In this document: positions 27,821 through 40,659 of the stretch, one piece after another
How positions within the stretch are numbered: position 1 is the stretch's first letter
Layout of the letters: every line of letters begins with the position of its first letter
Origin: Bugula neritina
Lineage: Eukaryota; Animalia; Bryozoa
Direction: 5' to 3'
DNA: 64,000 nucleotides
NCBI GenBank assembly: GCA_964035545.1
Contig: OZ037768.1
Coordinates: forward strand, 21,311,700 to 21,375,699
Program-made: the position numbers and the translations under genes
The notes under the pieces: generated by a model
Told to the model about the DNA's origin: nothing
Database searches by the model: none
Seen by the model: the letters and a program-made list of their open reading frames with translations, nothing else

Positions 27821-30800
27821 TTAGGTGTTGTGAGTAAAGTGAAGCAAATCAACTAAAACGGGCGAGTCCACAGGTGCATTAGTAAATATACATCCGACAA
27901 ATGATTTCGTGCCCCATTTATGGTGCTTGATGACTTTACAGCAACCAAGATCCTCAATCTCAAAGCCAAAGTGGCGATACCGTTCATCCGTCTCAAACAT
28001 GGTGTCAGTAGTGTGAGGTCCAAGGGCCTACATAAGAGCATTGTGACAAGCTACATACATACGGTGATTGTTAGCTACAGTCACTAAGTTAAAAGTGCTG
28101 CATAACAGGTACAACCACAAGTTTTGTATAGTTTGCTAAACTGAAATAAAAAAAAGCTCAAGACAGGCGAAAAAGAAAATATTATTTAGTAGAAAATTAA
28201 AACTTCTCTCTTATAAACTTTTAATATAATAACCAATTTATTATAATCCTACATTTGAGGTATGAAGGAAAAAAACTATTTTTGGCAAAGAGCATTTCCA
28301 TGTTTGTAAATCTTTTAAAAACAAATTACTAGTAACATTAATATGCATAGGAACATTATTTTTTGTAATGAGATTAAGGATACATGCAGCTGTTCAACAT
28401 TACAACTAGCCAATGGTGAGTGACTTATAGAAAGAAACTAGCCAATGATGAGTGAGTTGCAGATGGAAATTAGCCAATGAATAGATAGAAACTATACATT
28501 GAGAGTGATGCATAGAAGGTAATTATACAACATAAGCAGCCTAGCGTACTACAGACTGTAAACCTTGTAAGCTAATGCGACAGAGGAAAAATTGTGTCCT
28601 CACATGACGGTCACTTACCGGTTTACCGGAGCAGACGTCCAGGAAGTCAGCCCAGAAACCGGCGTTAGTGAGAGCTGAGCAGAGCTCCTTGGCTGCCTCA
28701 GAGTAGAGCGCTAGGAGAGCCTCTCTTTCAGATTCTACTTTCTCCGACCAGCCAGACATATCATTCTCCGTTTGCTGACACAGGCTTACGATGGTGAAGT
28801 CCCCAGACATAATATTACTCTCAGGAAACAGCAGCTGGAAATCTGCAGACATAATAGATGACTCACAGCAAAATAAATCTACAATATCTATGCAGAAGAT
28901 GATCTCCTGAGTAGCAAAAAGTATATATGCTATTAGAAACACTGCATTAGTTGCGATACAAGTTGAATGCAGTTTTAGAGGATTTTGCTTTCAGTAGTAA
29001 ATCTCACCTTTTCTAATTAACACAGGACATTCTTGTACTTTCATTTCCACGTCGAAGTGTTTTATATCACTGGAGTCTTCCCTCTTGTCCATCTAAAGAG
29101 ACACATCGCATTCAATCAACCAACATAATTCTAGTATATTCCTACACTGATAGTCACTAATAGCCACCAGTTGCCTTATTCACTAAGAATCAATAGCCAC
29201 CAGCTGTATTAGTATTTTAAAGTAAGTAATTGTATTAGTCACTGATAGTCACTGATAGTCAGCGTACCATAAAGCTCTGTCTCATGTTGAACTGTGTGAC
29301 GGCGGCAGCTTGACCGAGATGCCTCTTGCCGGTGGTGAGCATATCCACGTCCACCGCTGGTTTGGATTGGGCCAGGACAGTGTTGGAGGTGAGGGTCGTA
29401 TCTAAATAGGATGGTCCTACGTTACCAGGCAGAGGGAACCGCATCTGATAGTACGGGTTCAACCAGAGCTCTCGGTCCGGCCACACTTTCTGGTCCTCTA
29501 CAGGAAACACCAGTTTTTGCTTAGATTAGACAAGTTTCCAGACAATTTTGGAGCTAGACAACTTCAAAAAAGCACTTCAGAGTAGAATATCAAAGGCTAG
29601 AAACTAGTAAATAAGATTAACCAATTGATTGGTGCATCTTTATATGCTGATCAAATATTATACTGTTTAAGCACAAGGCAATAGATAAAAGATTCATCAA
29701 TTCATTTTGACCACAATTATCCACACAAACAATGGCATAGTTTTTAGATACTATCTATGCTTTCACAATTATATTTCTTTAGACAAATGTGCACAAGAAT
29801 AGTAGATATGTGTGACTTTAAAAAGTATGTGAAACCCCTTACCACGATCACCTTTCTCATAGTAGAAAGGATCTTTGGGTGGATTTGAGTCACAAGAACG
29901 CATGAGTTTGACACATGATATGATAGTTCGGAGACCTGCTACACTTCGTACTATGGCTTTCTTCTGGCTAGCTACCTGCGGTGTATACAATAGACTATTT
30001 TCTAATGTCCATGTTACTCAATTTATAATTAAGAGTTGTGCCCTCTCGGCAGGTACATACTTCAACCATATTATATACAATAGCACTGCAGAAACTTTCT
30101 ACTATCAAAGTTATGGATTATCACACCATGTCTTTAGTTCAAAAATTTAGAAAAGAAAGCTTGAAGTTCAAATATAGTGATGTTGAAACGAAAATTCATG
30201 TTTAGGAATGAAATAATCACAAACCAGAGCAGCCATTCTTTTGCTGTGATGTGAGTCGCTAATCTTTGAAGTGCTGCTACTGCTTGAAGCCTAAAATCAG
30301 CGTAATATTATTGGCATGATAATTCTTAACACAACAAACAATAAACAAATACTTGATATGCAAAAATGAATACTAAATACATTGAGAATCAACTTAAACT
30401 TACTTATAGCAATTATAAGCTATTGAAAATATTAGTGGTAATATTTTCAGTAGTTTATTAGTTATTAATTGCTACAAGCAGAGTTTAAGTTGCTTTTATT
30501 GTATTTAGTATTCATTTGAATAAAAAAAATTCTCTAACATTACAAAAAGCACATGGTCATTATAGGCTAAAAAAGACATATTAGAGAAAAAAAGTTGTTT
30601 CAAACAGTATGTAATTCAGATTTAAAATATTACAATGAATATCAGGTTAGAAAATTTGGTGGTTTTTTTAACTGTTTGTAGCTTGCTGTTCAGTCCATAG
30701 CTTAAAAGAGCTGTCATTAATTTTCGCAGCTTTTCAGTACAAAAACTTGTTCTTCACCACAACATATTTTCAATATAATGCAAACTTTATTTCTAATCAT

Positions 30801-33108
30801 GCTTTATAATTTGCAGAAAACACAAGAATTATAAAATCACTTGACAGGACTATGATCTATAAGTGGCATATTTTATTATAAGAGACCGGAGTTCACCAAT
30901 AACTAGCAAATAACCTTTCCCTATTATACCACACAGTCTTTCCACCTATTTTTCTCAGTATTGACTAGAAATAAAAAATCAATAAAGTCTTGAAAATAAA
31001 TTATAATTTGGTTACGGAAAAGTTAATACTATCAGAATTTTGAGACTAAAATTATATGTAGACTAGTTGACTACAATGTTTGAAATAAGCAGGCTATAAC
31101 AACTTTTTTTATGATTACCTAAAAATTATCATCATCATAAGAAGATATGACTAGATGAGTATAATTTCTAGCAACACAAGAGTTGTATTAAGTTTAAGCC
31201 TAAAACTTTTAATTTTAATATTTTCCTGGTACCTAATTTATGAGAAGCGTATATACTTCTAAGCTGCATGTGCTTATTCTAGGCATATTCAGTAATGTTG
31301 AGTGTTTGAATCATATAAACCAGGGTTGGGTGAGAGGAGGACCTTGAAGCTGTAGATTAGTGTACACAAAACTTACAAAGCCAGAAAAATAAAATCAGAA
31401 GCAGAGCTAGACAATTTGAATCCCAGACCTGTTTGTATAACAATCATATTCCAATCATACACTGACTACGAGCTGCTGTTTGAGTCATCCATTTATTACT
31501 GATTATAATAATAAGTAGCATTGATTTAATGCTATTTTTACCAATATAGTGTCATGCATACCATAAAAATAGATTCTACAAAATAATATTATAATTGCCA
31601 TTGTATTATGACGGTGCTTATTTCCATGAGTTTGACATTGACCTTTTATTACCATAATTAATTAGAAAAATTATGAGACTGATATAAATATAAATATCTA
31701 TATATAATTTTATTTAGATATTCACAATGATAGAGAAAATGTTTAGAAATGCATTATTTATGAAGTATGTGAATTGAAATATTGATAGTCTTAAACCTGT
31801 CTGTTGATGCAGATATTCAATTTCATATTCATTTTGATATTCATCTTGATCTTTCTAGTATAACTATTACTACTAGTACATTACTACAACAGTAATAAGT
31901 ATATTTATATTTTATTATACTACATAACTCAGTACAAGGAAAACTATAAGATTAAGTACAACTCATAGTACTGTTATAAGTAGAAGGTTAGCCTTAGCTG
32001 TGAAATTTGAATATCTGAAATAAAGTTATGCTTGCTGCTAATGTGCCTGCGGCTGCTGTGGCTGGTAGTACTAGCAGTGCCAGTAGACATAGTACAACTG
32101 TAACTACAAGTACTAATAGAGTAATAGCAATAGTGCAATTATGACGACTACTACAGTATTACTACTACTGCAACTACGACGACTACCACAGTGCATCTAC
32201 AGTACTACTACTACTACTACAACTACCACTACTAGTAGTAGTACCAGTAGTAGACGACTAGACATAACACTAGTATTACCATTACTATTAATATTAGTAT
32301 TACTATCTAGTACCTATTAAGTACTATTAGTATAATATTAGTATTACTATTAGTATTAATAGTAAGACGTCTACTACATCTAAATTATACAGTTCTACTG
32401 CGACTGTGTACAATTTGGGTCTATTACTAAAAGAACTAACCAACTATTACTAGTACTAGTACTACATTACTACTGGGTAGTACTAGTAGTAAACTATCTA
32501 GTATAAATGTATAAGTATTACTTAGTAATACTATTAGTATTAGTATTACATTTACAATTATTATTACTATTAGTAACACTAAGGTAACAGTAACTAACAC
32601 TAACAAGAACACTCAACAGTAACAGCAACACTAACAGTAAGTGTAACTCACTAACTGTAAGTGTAACAGTAACACACCAATAGTAACAGTATCACTATCA
32701 GATCATTAATATGAATATCAATATGAATATGGGATTGACTTTGAGTAACACTAACAGTAACTGTAAGTTGAGTGTAAGTGCAACAGTAACACTAACAGTA
32801 ACAGCAAATCATAGGTGTAATTCAAACTGAAACTGTAATAATTATAAATATAACAATATGAATATTATTTCAATATTTCAATTAATATCATGATCAAGTT
32901 CAACTCAAGTGCGACACTGAGTCTGTGACTGATCAACTACCAATGCAACTACACCTCAAAGGTAGTACGAGACACCAAAACATAAAGAATATATAATACA
33001 ATTACCCCTAATAATCTCTCAACTTCAAACAATAACTCAAAGTCAATATCATAACGATGTTGACACTGCTATTACTAGAGAACTAAACTTGCCCATTCAC
33101 CTTGACAT
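27821..33108 (-). CDS. MMADHC: Cobalamin trafficking protein CblD (methylmalonic aciduria and homocystinuria type D homolog)
   Basis: Exons 33108-33101 (ATG TCA AG, inferred), 30290-30225, 29967-29843, 29497-29268, 29092-29008, 28842-28619, 28027-27821, all in frame. Motifs: [34 protein letters not shown]...[57 protein letters not shown]. Confidence 0.93.
31850..32860. repeat. Degenerate (ACT)n/(AGTAAC)n low-complexity region in MMADHC intron 1
   Basis: actactactac, tattagtatta and acagtaacact motifs. Confidence 0.8.
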
Positions 33109-34440
33109 GGAAATGATATGTTTAGCCTCAAAAAATTTTTGCCCAGGAAATAGTTGTTTTAACGAACTAACCCTTCTCTCGCCTCTCAAAAATTAAACCA
33201 TCAAAATAACTAGTCTCGAGGTCTCCAGCCCATTCGATTCAAAGTGGTATAAATATATTTGGTATAAAATAATTTGTACACCACTCTGATTCGATCGAGA
33301 CCGGGCTGGTCCCACTCACTGCCTTTCATGTAAAGCCATAGTTACACTACGGACTTCTAAGAAATTACACTTTCATGCAAACTGCGTGCGTGCACGTGTC
33401 ACGTGTGTATCACGAACCTCAATCATAATACCCTAATATTACAAACTTGGTCAAATCACAACGTAACACATTGTCTAATGTGGTAGTGTGCACAGAGAGC
33501 TATCGTCATGTTTGTATTCTGGTCTAGCTAACACTGAACAATCCCACCTGGGAGAAGTAAATAACTTATAATTTATAAGTATGCTGTCTTTTGGCAACCT
33601 GCATTTATATTTTGAATACTGCAAGACAGTGTTGCAACCTAATATTTCCTTTTATAAGAAGTGAATTTTATATCTGAAGATTCATGGAGGACACTCTGAG
33701 ATGTTGAGAGCTTATTTTAGAAGAGTGAATTCTGCATGAAACTTGTTGACAATTTATAGATTGAGTTTAGTGCAAGAATAGAAGTATAAATTGTGACCTC
33801 ATACACAATATCTATCCTTAATTGTTGTAATGATTCTGTAAATTTAAGCTTTCATTACTGATTTTTATAAAATATTATGCTTTATAAAAAACTACACATA
33901 ATCGAAGTTGTAAGAAGTTGAAAGATCTACGTGTTTTGCACATGATTTTTAACTTGTAGCCTACTAGCTGTTGCTAAGATACAAATATAAGTAAATCAGA
34001 GTTAACTAAGTTTTGAAATTATATATGGTCAGTCAAAAAAATTAGATGCAAGCAATTAGCAGAAAATTAAGTCACATGCAAAACTAATTTGTAAACGATT
34101 TCTCTTACAGTAATCCAAGACTCAAAAATATGTGTCTAAATGTAGAAAGAAATTAAGTATACCTGCTAAATAGTTTTCTACATGAATTGAAATGCAATTA
34201 CTCTATCTAAAGTCGTCTTAGCCACAGAACACAGCAGCCTAATCCATCTCTAGCCAGATTTGCATAGTGAATTGCAAATGAAGAAATTACATAATTAGTC
34301 TCTTTCTCCAACTTTGCCTTCCCATTTTATCTACCTGGATGTTAAGACTATCTGTAATTATAGAAATACTTGATGAGCATGCATATACCTTTTGGAACAG
34401 GTGTAGCCTATAGTTTAAAAATACATAATTGTACCTATAC

Positions 34441-34783
<343 letters not shown>

Positions 34784-35000
34784 CAAATTTCAAGACTTGC
34801 ATTTACACACACATTTATGCAGTCATAGCCTATGCATTAGTCATTAGTGTATTATACACAGGCTACACTGTAAAAGTGTAAACAAACTCGAATTAAAGAT
34901 GCCACAAGGCAATATTCTAGTGGAGACAATTTGTCATTATATATATTATTATTAGTTAATGATCATGATTCACAAGTTACCTGTAGCAAGATTTTGATAT

Positions 35001-38000
35001 AGTTTTCAACTGTTTCACCCTCAGAAAATTGTAATTGACTGATTTATGCAGTTGAAAGTTTTCTAGTTTTCTATCAACCATTTCATTTTAAAAAGATTTA
35101 TACAGTGTGTAGAACACAGTTTCTACTGGAAACACAAAACACTATGAAATTTATCTTAACTAGTAATGATCTTTCATGAATAATTAACTCGTTGACTTTT
35201 AGAAAGAAAAGCTCCATCTAAAACTCTTGTTTTAGTTTAAAAAAGTGAATGTTTGTTGGTAGCCTATAGAATAATTTCTGTTTAAATACTTACAAATAGC
35301 ATTTCAGCTATTAGAATTAAATGCTATTATTATAGTAAATTATTACTGTTTACATAAAACTTGTAACATGAAAGTGACATTGAACACAATTGTGTTTATA
35401 TCTTATACTCAGTGCATATATTATATACAGCATCATTCTTATTCCCATCTAATATTATGTTATTTAATGTACAGTATCCTCTTAAGTTTTGTTAGGGCTT
35501 TGAATTTTTATGTTATTTCTTATCTAATGGTTTTAAATATTGAACCATCTTTTTATATAATATTATGTTCTAGACATGAAAATATATAAAGCAAATGCAA
35601 GCTTTAACTATATTCTGTTCCTATATTTCATGTTTTATAAACATTAAAATGTTATAACAGCATTTTGATTAGGTTTTCTTTTCTTTTTCTTGTAATTAAC
35701 CTAAGTGAAATTTAAGAAAGGTATATATGCATGCAGAGCATATACTTTGATATCATACATAAAAGGAGAAAAGTAATGAAATGGAAAACTGTTTTTATTT
35801 GAATATGTAATTAAAACTACATCATTATTATAGATTTTATAGAATATTACATTCTCAGTGTATTTGACACTGTAGCTACTGGATGATCAGAGCTCAGCAA
35901 CCAGAGTGAGAAGGACAAGATGTATGTTTGGTACTTAACAGGTTTGTATTACTCTTTAATATTACCCTGTGTGTGTGCATAAGGGTGTGTCTGTGGGTGT
36001 GTTTAAGTAACTGTTTTTAATTTCAAACTTTTTAAAACTTATTGTCTATTTACAAATAACCTATTTTTTGTTAAATTGTGTATAAGCCTTTAAACACTAT
36101 TGTTTTGTTGCTTAAACCATTTTCAAACAATTAATAAAACATGGACGATTCTTGTTATTGGTTATGTATGTCAATATTTTTTTAGTTTTATTGCACCTTG
36201 TGACACCTGTCAAAAGTCAGTGTCACACTAACACTGACAGATTCAGAAGATACAGTGTACCAGAGAACATGTCAGTCACAGATCATATGGCAAGTGAATC
36301 AATATTCACTGAAGTTGTTGGAATCTGTCTGTTGAAATGTAAGGAAGACCAGAAATGTCTGGGAATGGTTTATGATGTTCAGGATAAAAAATGTTTCATG
36401 AAGCAATGCTTGAATCCTCATCTCTTCACAGAGTGGAATGGAAAAGATGGAGACTACTACATCTTCATTTTACTGAGAGCCAACAAGATTCCAAACAAAC
36501 TTCTTGCAAGAGGTAACAAAGCAAGCCCATTGTGGTTTGTTCTCAAATGGAATCATATGCTTCACAAGAGTAACTCAATTTAAAACAAATTATTAACTAG
36601 TTCATGTCCATTTTATATGTTGCATCTATAAGCAAATTTTACTTTTCAATAACAAATATGTTTTCGGATAAATACAATTATTCAAGATATATAATAAATA
36701 ACATAATATTATAATGATTCTGGAACAGATAGAATACATATACTTTTTAATTTATATCTTTAAGAAAAAGCTGTATGATTTATATATAATTAAAAAATAG
36801 TTGCTTCATAGATGTCTGGTATTTTGTTCTTTGATTTGGCTTATTTTTTCCCAGGTAAACCTGCAAAGCTCTCTAGCACCTACAAGTCACACCTGTATTA
36901 TGCCTCAAAGGCTGTTGATGGTATTTATACTGAACATGGAGTTGAGTCATCAATTGCTCACAGCCAACATGAACACAGACCCTGGTGGAGGGTGGATCTG
37001 GTTGATATTCACTGTGTCTGGGCTGTCAACATCCTCAACAGGGGAAATGGTGTGTCACATGTTTTAATGAGTTTATTCACGTCGTAAATCTAAAGTCTCA
37101 ACTTCAATTTGAGAGCAGTATTTGTTCATAAGTTAATAAGTTGACCAATATGCTAGCTGAGACTTAGATTTAGGGTGCTTTCAGATTCCCTACGTTTAGG
37201 AAATCCGGAAGCACCGTTAAGCTTGGCTTATGACAACTTTTACAAGAATTTCTACAACTGCAACAACAACTAGAAGAACATTTTTCAGCAAAAATGTTGT
37301 TAATTCTATATATATTTGCAATTTTACAATTAAGCACCTCGTGAATCTTGGAGAGAAAGATTAAGAAATGCTGAGATCACAGTTGCTATGACAGAAGAAG
37401 AGATAGAATTTACTGGAACAAACCCTGAAGTCTTCTGCTACTACCATGATGGTATTCTTAACCGATACTACACTCTGGCTACTTGTAAACAACCAATCAG
37501 AGGCCGCTTTGTCCAAGTTCTCCTTGAGGCTATAAGTTTTCTGAATATATATGAAATAGAAGTTCATGGGATTTGATTAGCATATTGTCTCTTAATGAAT
37601 TCTTGTCTTACAGTTACCTATGCTAAGAGTATAATTTTATTGTTTTACTATTGTCTTGAGTTTTCATGCAGTTACTTTCTAACAAGTTATCCTTGAAACT
37701 TGACCTATACTTTTATTATGTCAGATTTTGCCAATGCCTTTGCCCATACGCTTGTCTGGTTTTACCCATTTGTTTATTCAATAGTTGTGTTACTTTTATC
37801 AAAAATTGTTGAAGTTTTAAAGGTAGTTTAGCTTAAAATTGAAATTGGTTGTGTTTATTTGCAAAAGATAAATTAGCTGAATTAAATAAGGCAACTGCTT
37901 ACTCCCCCCTTAAAGTATGGGGTTATTGAGAGTAGTGGTTGAGGAGTCTTCAGCTTATCGTGGAGGGTTTATGTACTGCACTCCGTGACCCCAAATGGTG

Positions 38001-38965
38001 TGTTGCATCTACTGAGTTCGTGCAGGCTTAGAATGCTGAAGCCAGTACTATTATTCCTATATGCTAGCAATGCTAAATCTGTTGTAATAAGGCAATCTCA
38101 GCTGTGTTGTGTTCCGACCCTTAGCAGTACTGCATATATATGCTGCAAAGTTATAAAGAAATAAATAGTGCTGTGTTTTTATTTATTGTTCACTTTGTGT
38201 TTTATCATGTAAAAAATGTAGTGTTTAGGTGTTTTTGTGTTTTTATTTCAAATGGTTTAAAAACAATAAAAAAATCTGTTGTGTATTTGAGTTAGAAAAG
38301 TTGTTCAGGAAAATCACCGCCACTAAAGTAGGATAGTAACCTTTTTACCCAAGCCATACACCTTCAGTTATATTCTAGTCATTTCTCAAATTTACAAACA
38401 GTTTCATTTGCAAAGAATAGAAATTGATTTTTAGTAACATCCGATAGAAATTCGTGTTTTGTTGCTCGAACTTAACAACTTTGGTCTCGCAGCTACAAAG
38501 CTGTAGCAGCTGTTTGAACCACAAGATGAATCTAGATTCTAAAATATATCAATTAGTGTTATGCAACATGTTGCTACTATAGTAATAGTTTTTGCTTCTT
38601 GAGTGACTACATAACTTTAATTACTTAATGATTGATTTACTTCACAAACTTTGTAATTAAATTTTAGCCTAAAATTAAGCATCATGCAAAGGTAGAAAAG
38701 CTAGAATGTAAAGCTTTACTCAAGCGCTATAGAATACTTATAGCTAACACTGCTAAATATGATGTTCTTGGGGTAGCCATATTTTAATTATGCCCTTTCA
38801 ATGGTGACATTTGACACATCATAAGTTTAAAGATTTCTTAAGACTATGAATCAGAGATCTGCCTAGAATATGTTGATTATTCTCACACAATACTGCATTA
38901 TATCAAGCAGCTCCAGTATAATAGTTATTGGAATTACCTACACACATTCCTATCAATAAACCAGC
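35001..38965. repeat. Left arm of a ~4 kb inverted segmental duplication (partner ~58955-62890)
   Basis: Upstream, intronic and downstream non-coding sequence matches the reverse complement around lectin copy 3. Confidence 0.9.
35920..37576 (+). CDS. Secreted PAN/apple + F-type lectin (fucolectin/FTP domain) protein, copy 1
   Basis: Exons 35920-35941, 36186-36512, 36855-37049, 37335-37576, all introns phase 1. Signal peptide MYVWYLTVLLHLVTPVKS|QC. PAN cysteine pattern CLLKCKEDQKCLG...KKCFMK. F-lectin motifs LLARGKPAKLSS, ASKAVDG, AHS..PWWRVDL, NILNRG, GRFVQV, FLNIYEIEV. Confidence 0.88.
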
Positions 38966-39124
38966 AATAAACAAATTAATGAACTATGGTCAAAACTTGC
39001 ATATTAGTACATCAAATAAAAATGCACTCACGCAAGTTTATAGTCACCATCTCTGCGAGAAGGGGCCCCTGATAGAAAGTGTTTTTTGTTAAATCGTGCT
39101 AAGAACTTATTTATCTGTGGCACA

Positions 39125-39245
39125 GGGGCAATTATGACTGAATGCTCTTCCTGACATCACCAATGGCTTTTGTGCATGGGGTTCTAACCCATGACTTTGT
39201 GCTTACTAGGCAAATGTTGTAACCCCTAGACAAAAAGCTGCTCCC
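39125..39245 (-). mobile_element. tRNA-derived SINE fragment
   Basis: A-box-like TGTCTAGGGG and B-box-like GGTTAGAACCC, followed by ATTGGTGATGTCAGGAA, which is shared with the copy at the window end. Confidence 0.55.
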
Positions 39246-39605
39246 ACATAATACATCAAATGATACTGCATATAACTATTCATGGTAATTATCTGCAAAA
39301 AATGCAACATTTAAGAATTGTCATGAAATAAGACCTATAAGAAATTATTACAAATGATACAAGGATTGTCTTCTTAATGCAATAGTTATTGGAATTTGAT
39401 GCACATATAATATATAACGCATAGAAGAACTTTTTAATGATTTTTATGGCTTATTGTTTCTTATAATATAATATATAGAATATAGAATATACTGGAAATT
39501 GATGAGAAGATAATTCTTATTCTTCATTCTTTCTAATACGTAGATGATAACATATGAAACCAAGTTTTACAGAGTTTAGCAAAGAAGATATAAAGCACTG
39601 CATAT

Positions 39606-39663
<58 letters not shown>

Positions 39664-39769
39664 GTAAAATGTATATTGTAATACTAGTTATCAAATAGTG
39701 CTCAAAATTTTCTATGAAAATTGAGCTAAATGCTATAAGTGTGAAGGTTGTAATTGACTAAGATCTTTA

Positions 39770-40655
39770 ATTTAAAATCAATTATATCACCTACAAATTT
39801 GTTTCGTAGCATGAAATTACTGCCACTCGTCAGGGTGATGTATAAAATAGTGAAACAACAGAATTGGAATGTAAAAAATGTATAGATTTAAAATATAGCT
39901 AAAGTATTAAAAGGAGAAATAGGCATTATCATAAAACAAAGCTTATGTATTAGAACCGGCTCAAGTAAAATTTAGAGCTATGCCTGCATGTTGATGTTAA
40001 CTCAGATCTTTTATTTAATGTACATAGACTGGGTTTGCATATAATATAATATTTTTCTGAAACGCATAGCACGTAACGTTTAGAGTTGGGGTTATAGCTG
40101 GGTGCTTGACTAATGATCTTCCAGTTGATTGTGTAGCTGGTGCCTTTGTCTTTTAGATACCATATATGCTTACTTAACTCTGTAGCATTTCTGTATCTTT
40201 TATGCTTAAAAGAGCAGGTGTGATTGCATAGATTTTAATTTTGGTTTCACATAGTCCGATGTATGTGTTGGAGCTGCTTGGTGATGTTATGGTGGCCTGG
40301 TATATAATATTGGAGAGTAAGCACTTGCCATTCAGTGGGCAACGTGGTTTCCTTATGCAACTGCATGTTTTAATAGTGTAACTGGTGGTTGCCAGGGAGC
40401 TGGCAACACTCCTATCTATATTCACCATAACAGCAACCACCCCCCATGTCTGTCATTAGAAACATCCCTAAATCCATCAACAAAAGACTATCCATGCTCA
40501 TCTGATAAAGAGAATTTCAATAGCGAAGCACAAATCTATTAGAACGCCCTAAATAAAAGTGGATACAACTTCACATTACAATATGAGAAGCAACAAACAC
40601 CTTGTAATAAACCTAGAAGGAGAAACATTATATGGTTTAACCCACCCTTCTGTAA
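39770..40655 (-). mobile_element. Truncated Penelope-like element with an inverted 5' segment
   Basis: Minus strand ~40400-39975 encodes a degenerate GIY-YIG end ([40 protein letters not shown]...CRH). Plus strand ~40415-40650 encodes the upstream linker (YIHHNSNHPP..NIPKSINKRLS..RRNIIWFNPPF). Confidence 0.85.
39786..39839 (-). ncRNA. Type I hammerhead ribozyme at the 3' end of a Penelope-like fragment
   Basis: AUCACC-CUGACGA-GUGGCA(GUAAUUUCA)UGCUAC-GAAA-CAAAUUUG-UA-GGUGAU; GUA cleavage triplet. Confidence 0.88.
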
Positions 40656-40659
40656 CTTC

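Noticed and set aside
31320-31480. tRNA/SINE-like stretch in MMADHC intron 1 (also ~46130-46200)
   Set aside because: A and B boxes are too degraded and no cloverleaf can be drawn
33215-33310. Imperfect inverted repeat upstream of MMADHC, plus nearby CACGTG E-boxes (~33393-33405)
   Set aside because: Too degenerate to assign; could be a DNA-transposon relic or chance motifs
35368-35589. Duplicated ORF MKVTLNTIVF... (also 62307-62618)
   Set aside because: AT-rich upstream sequence shared only through the inverted duplication; the third copy is broken by (TA)n
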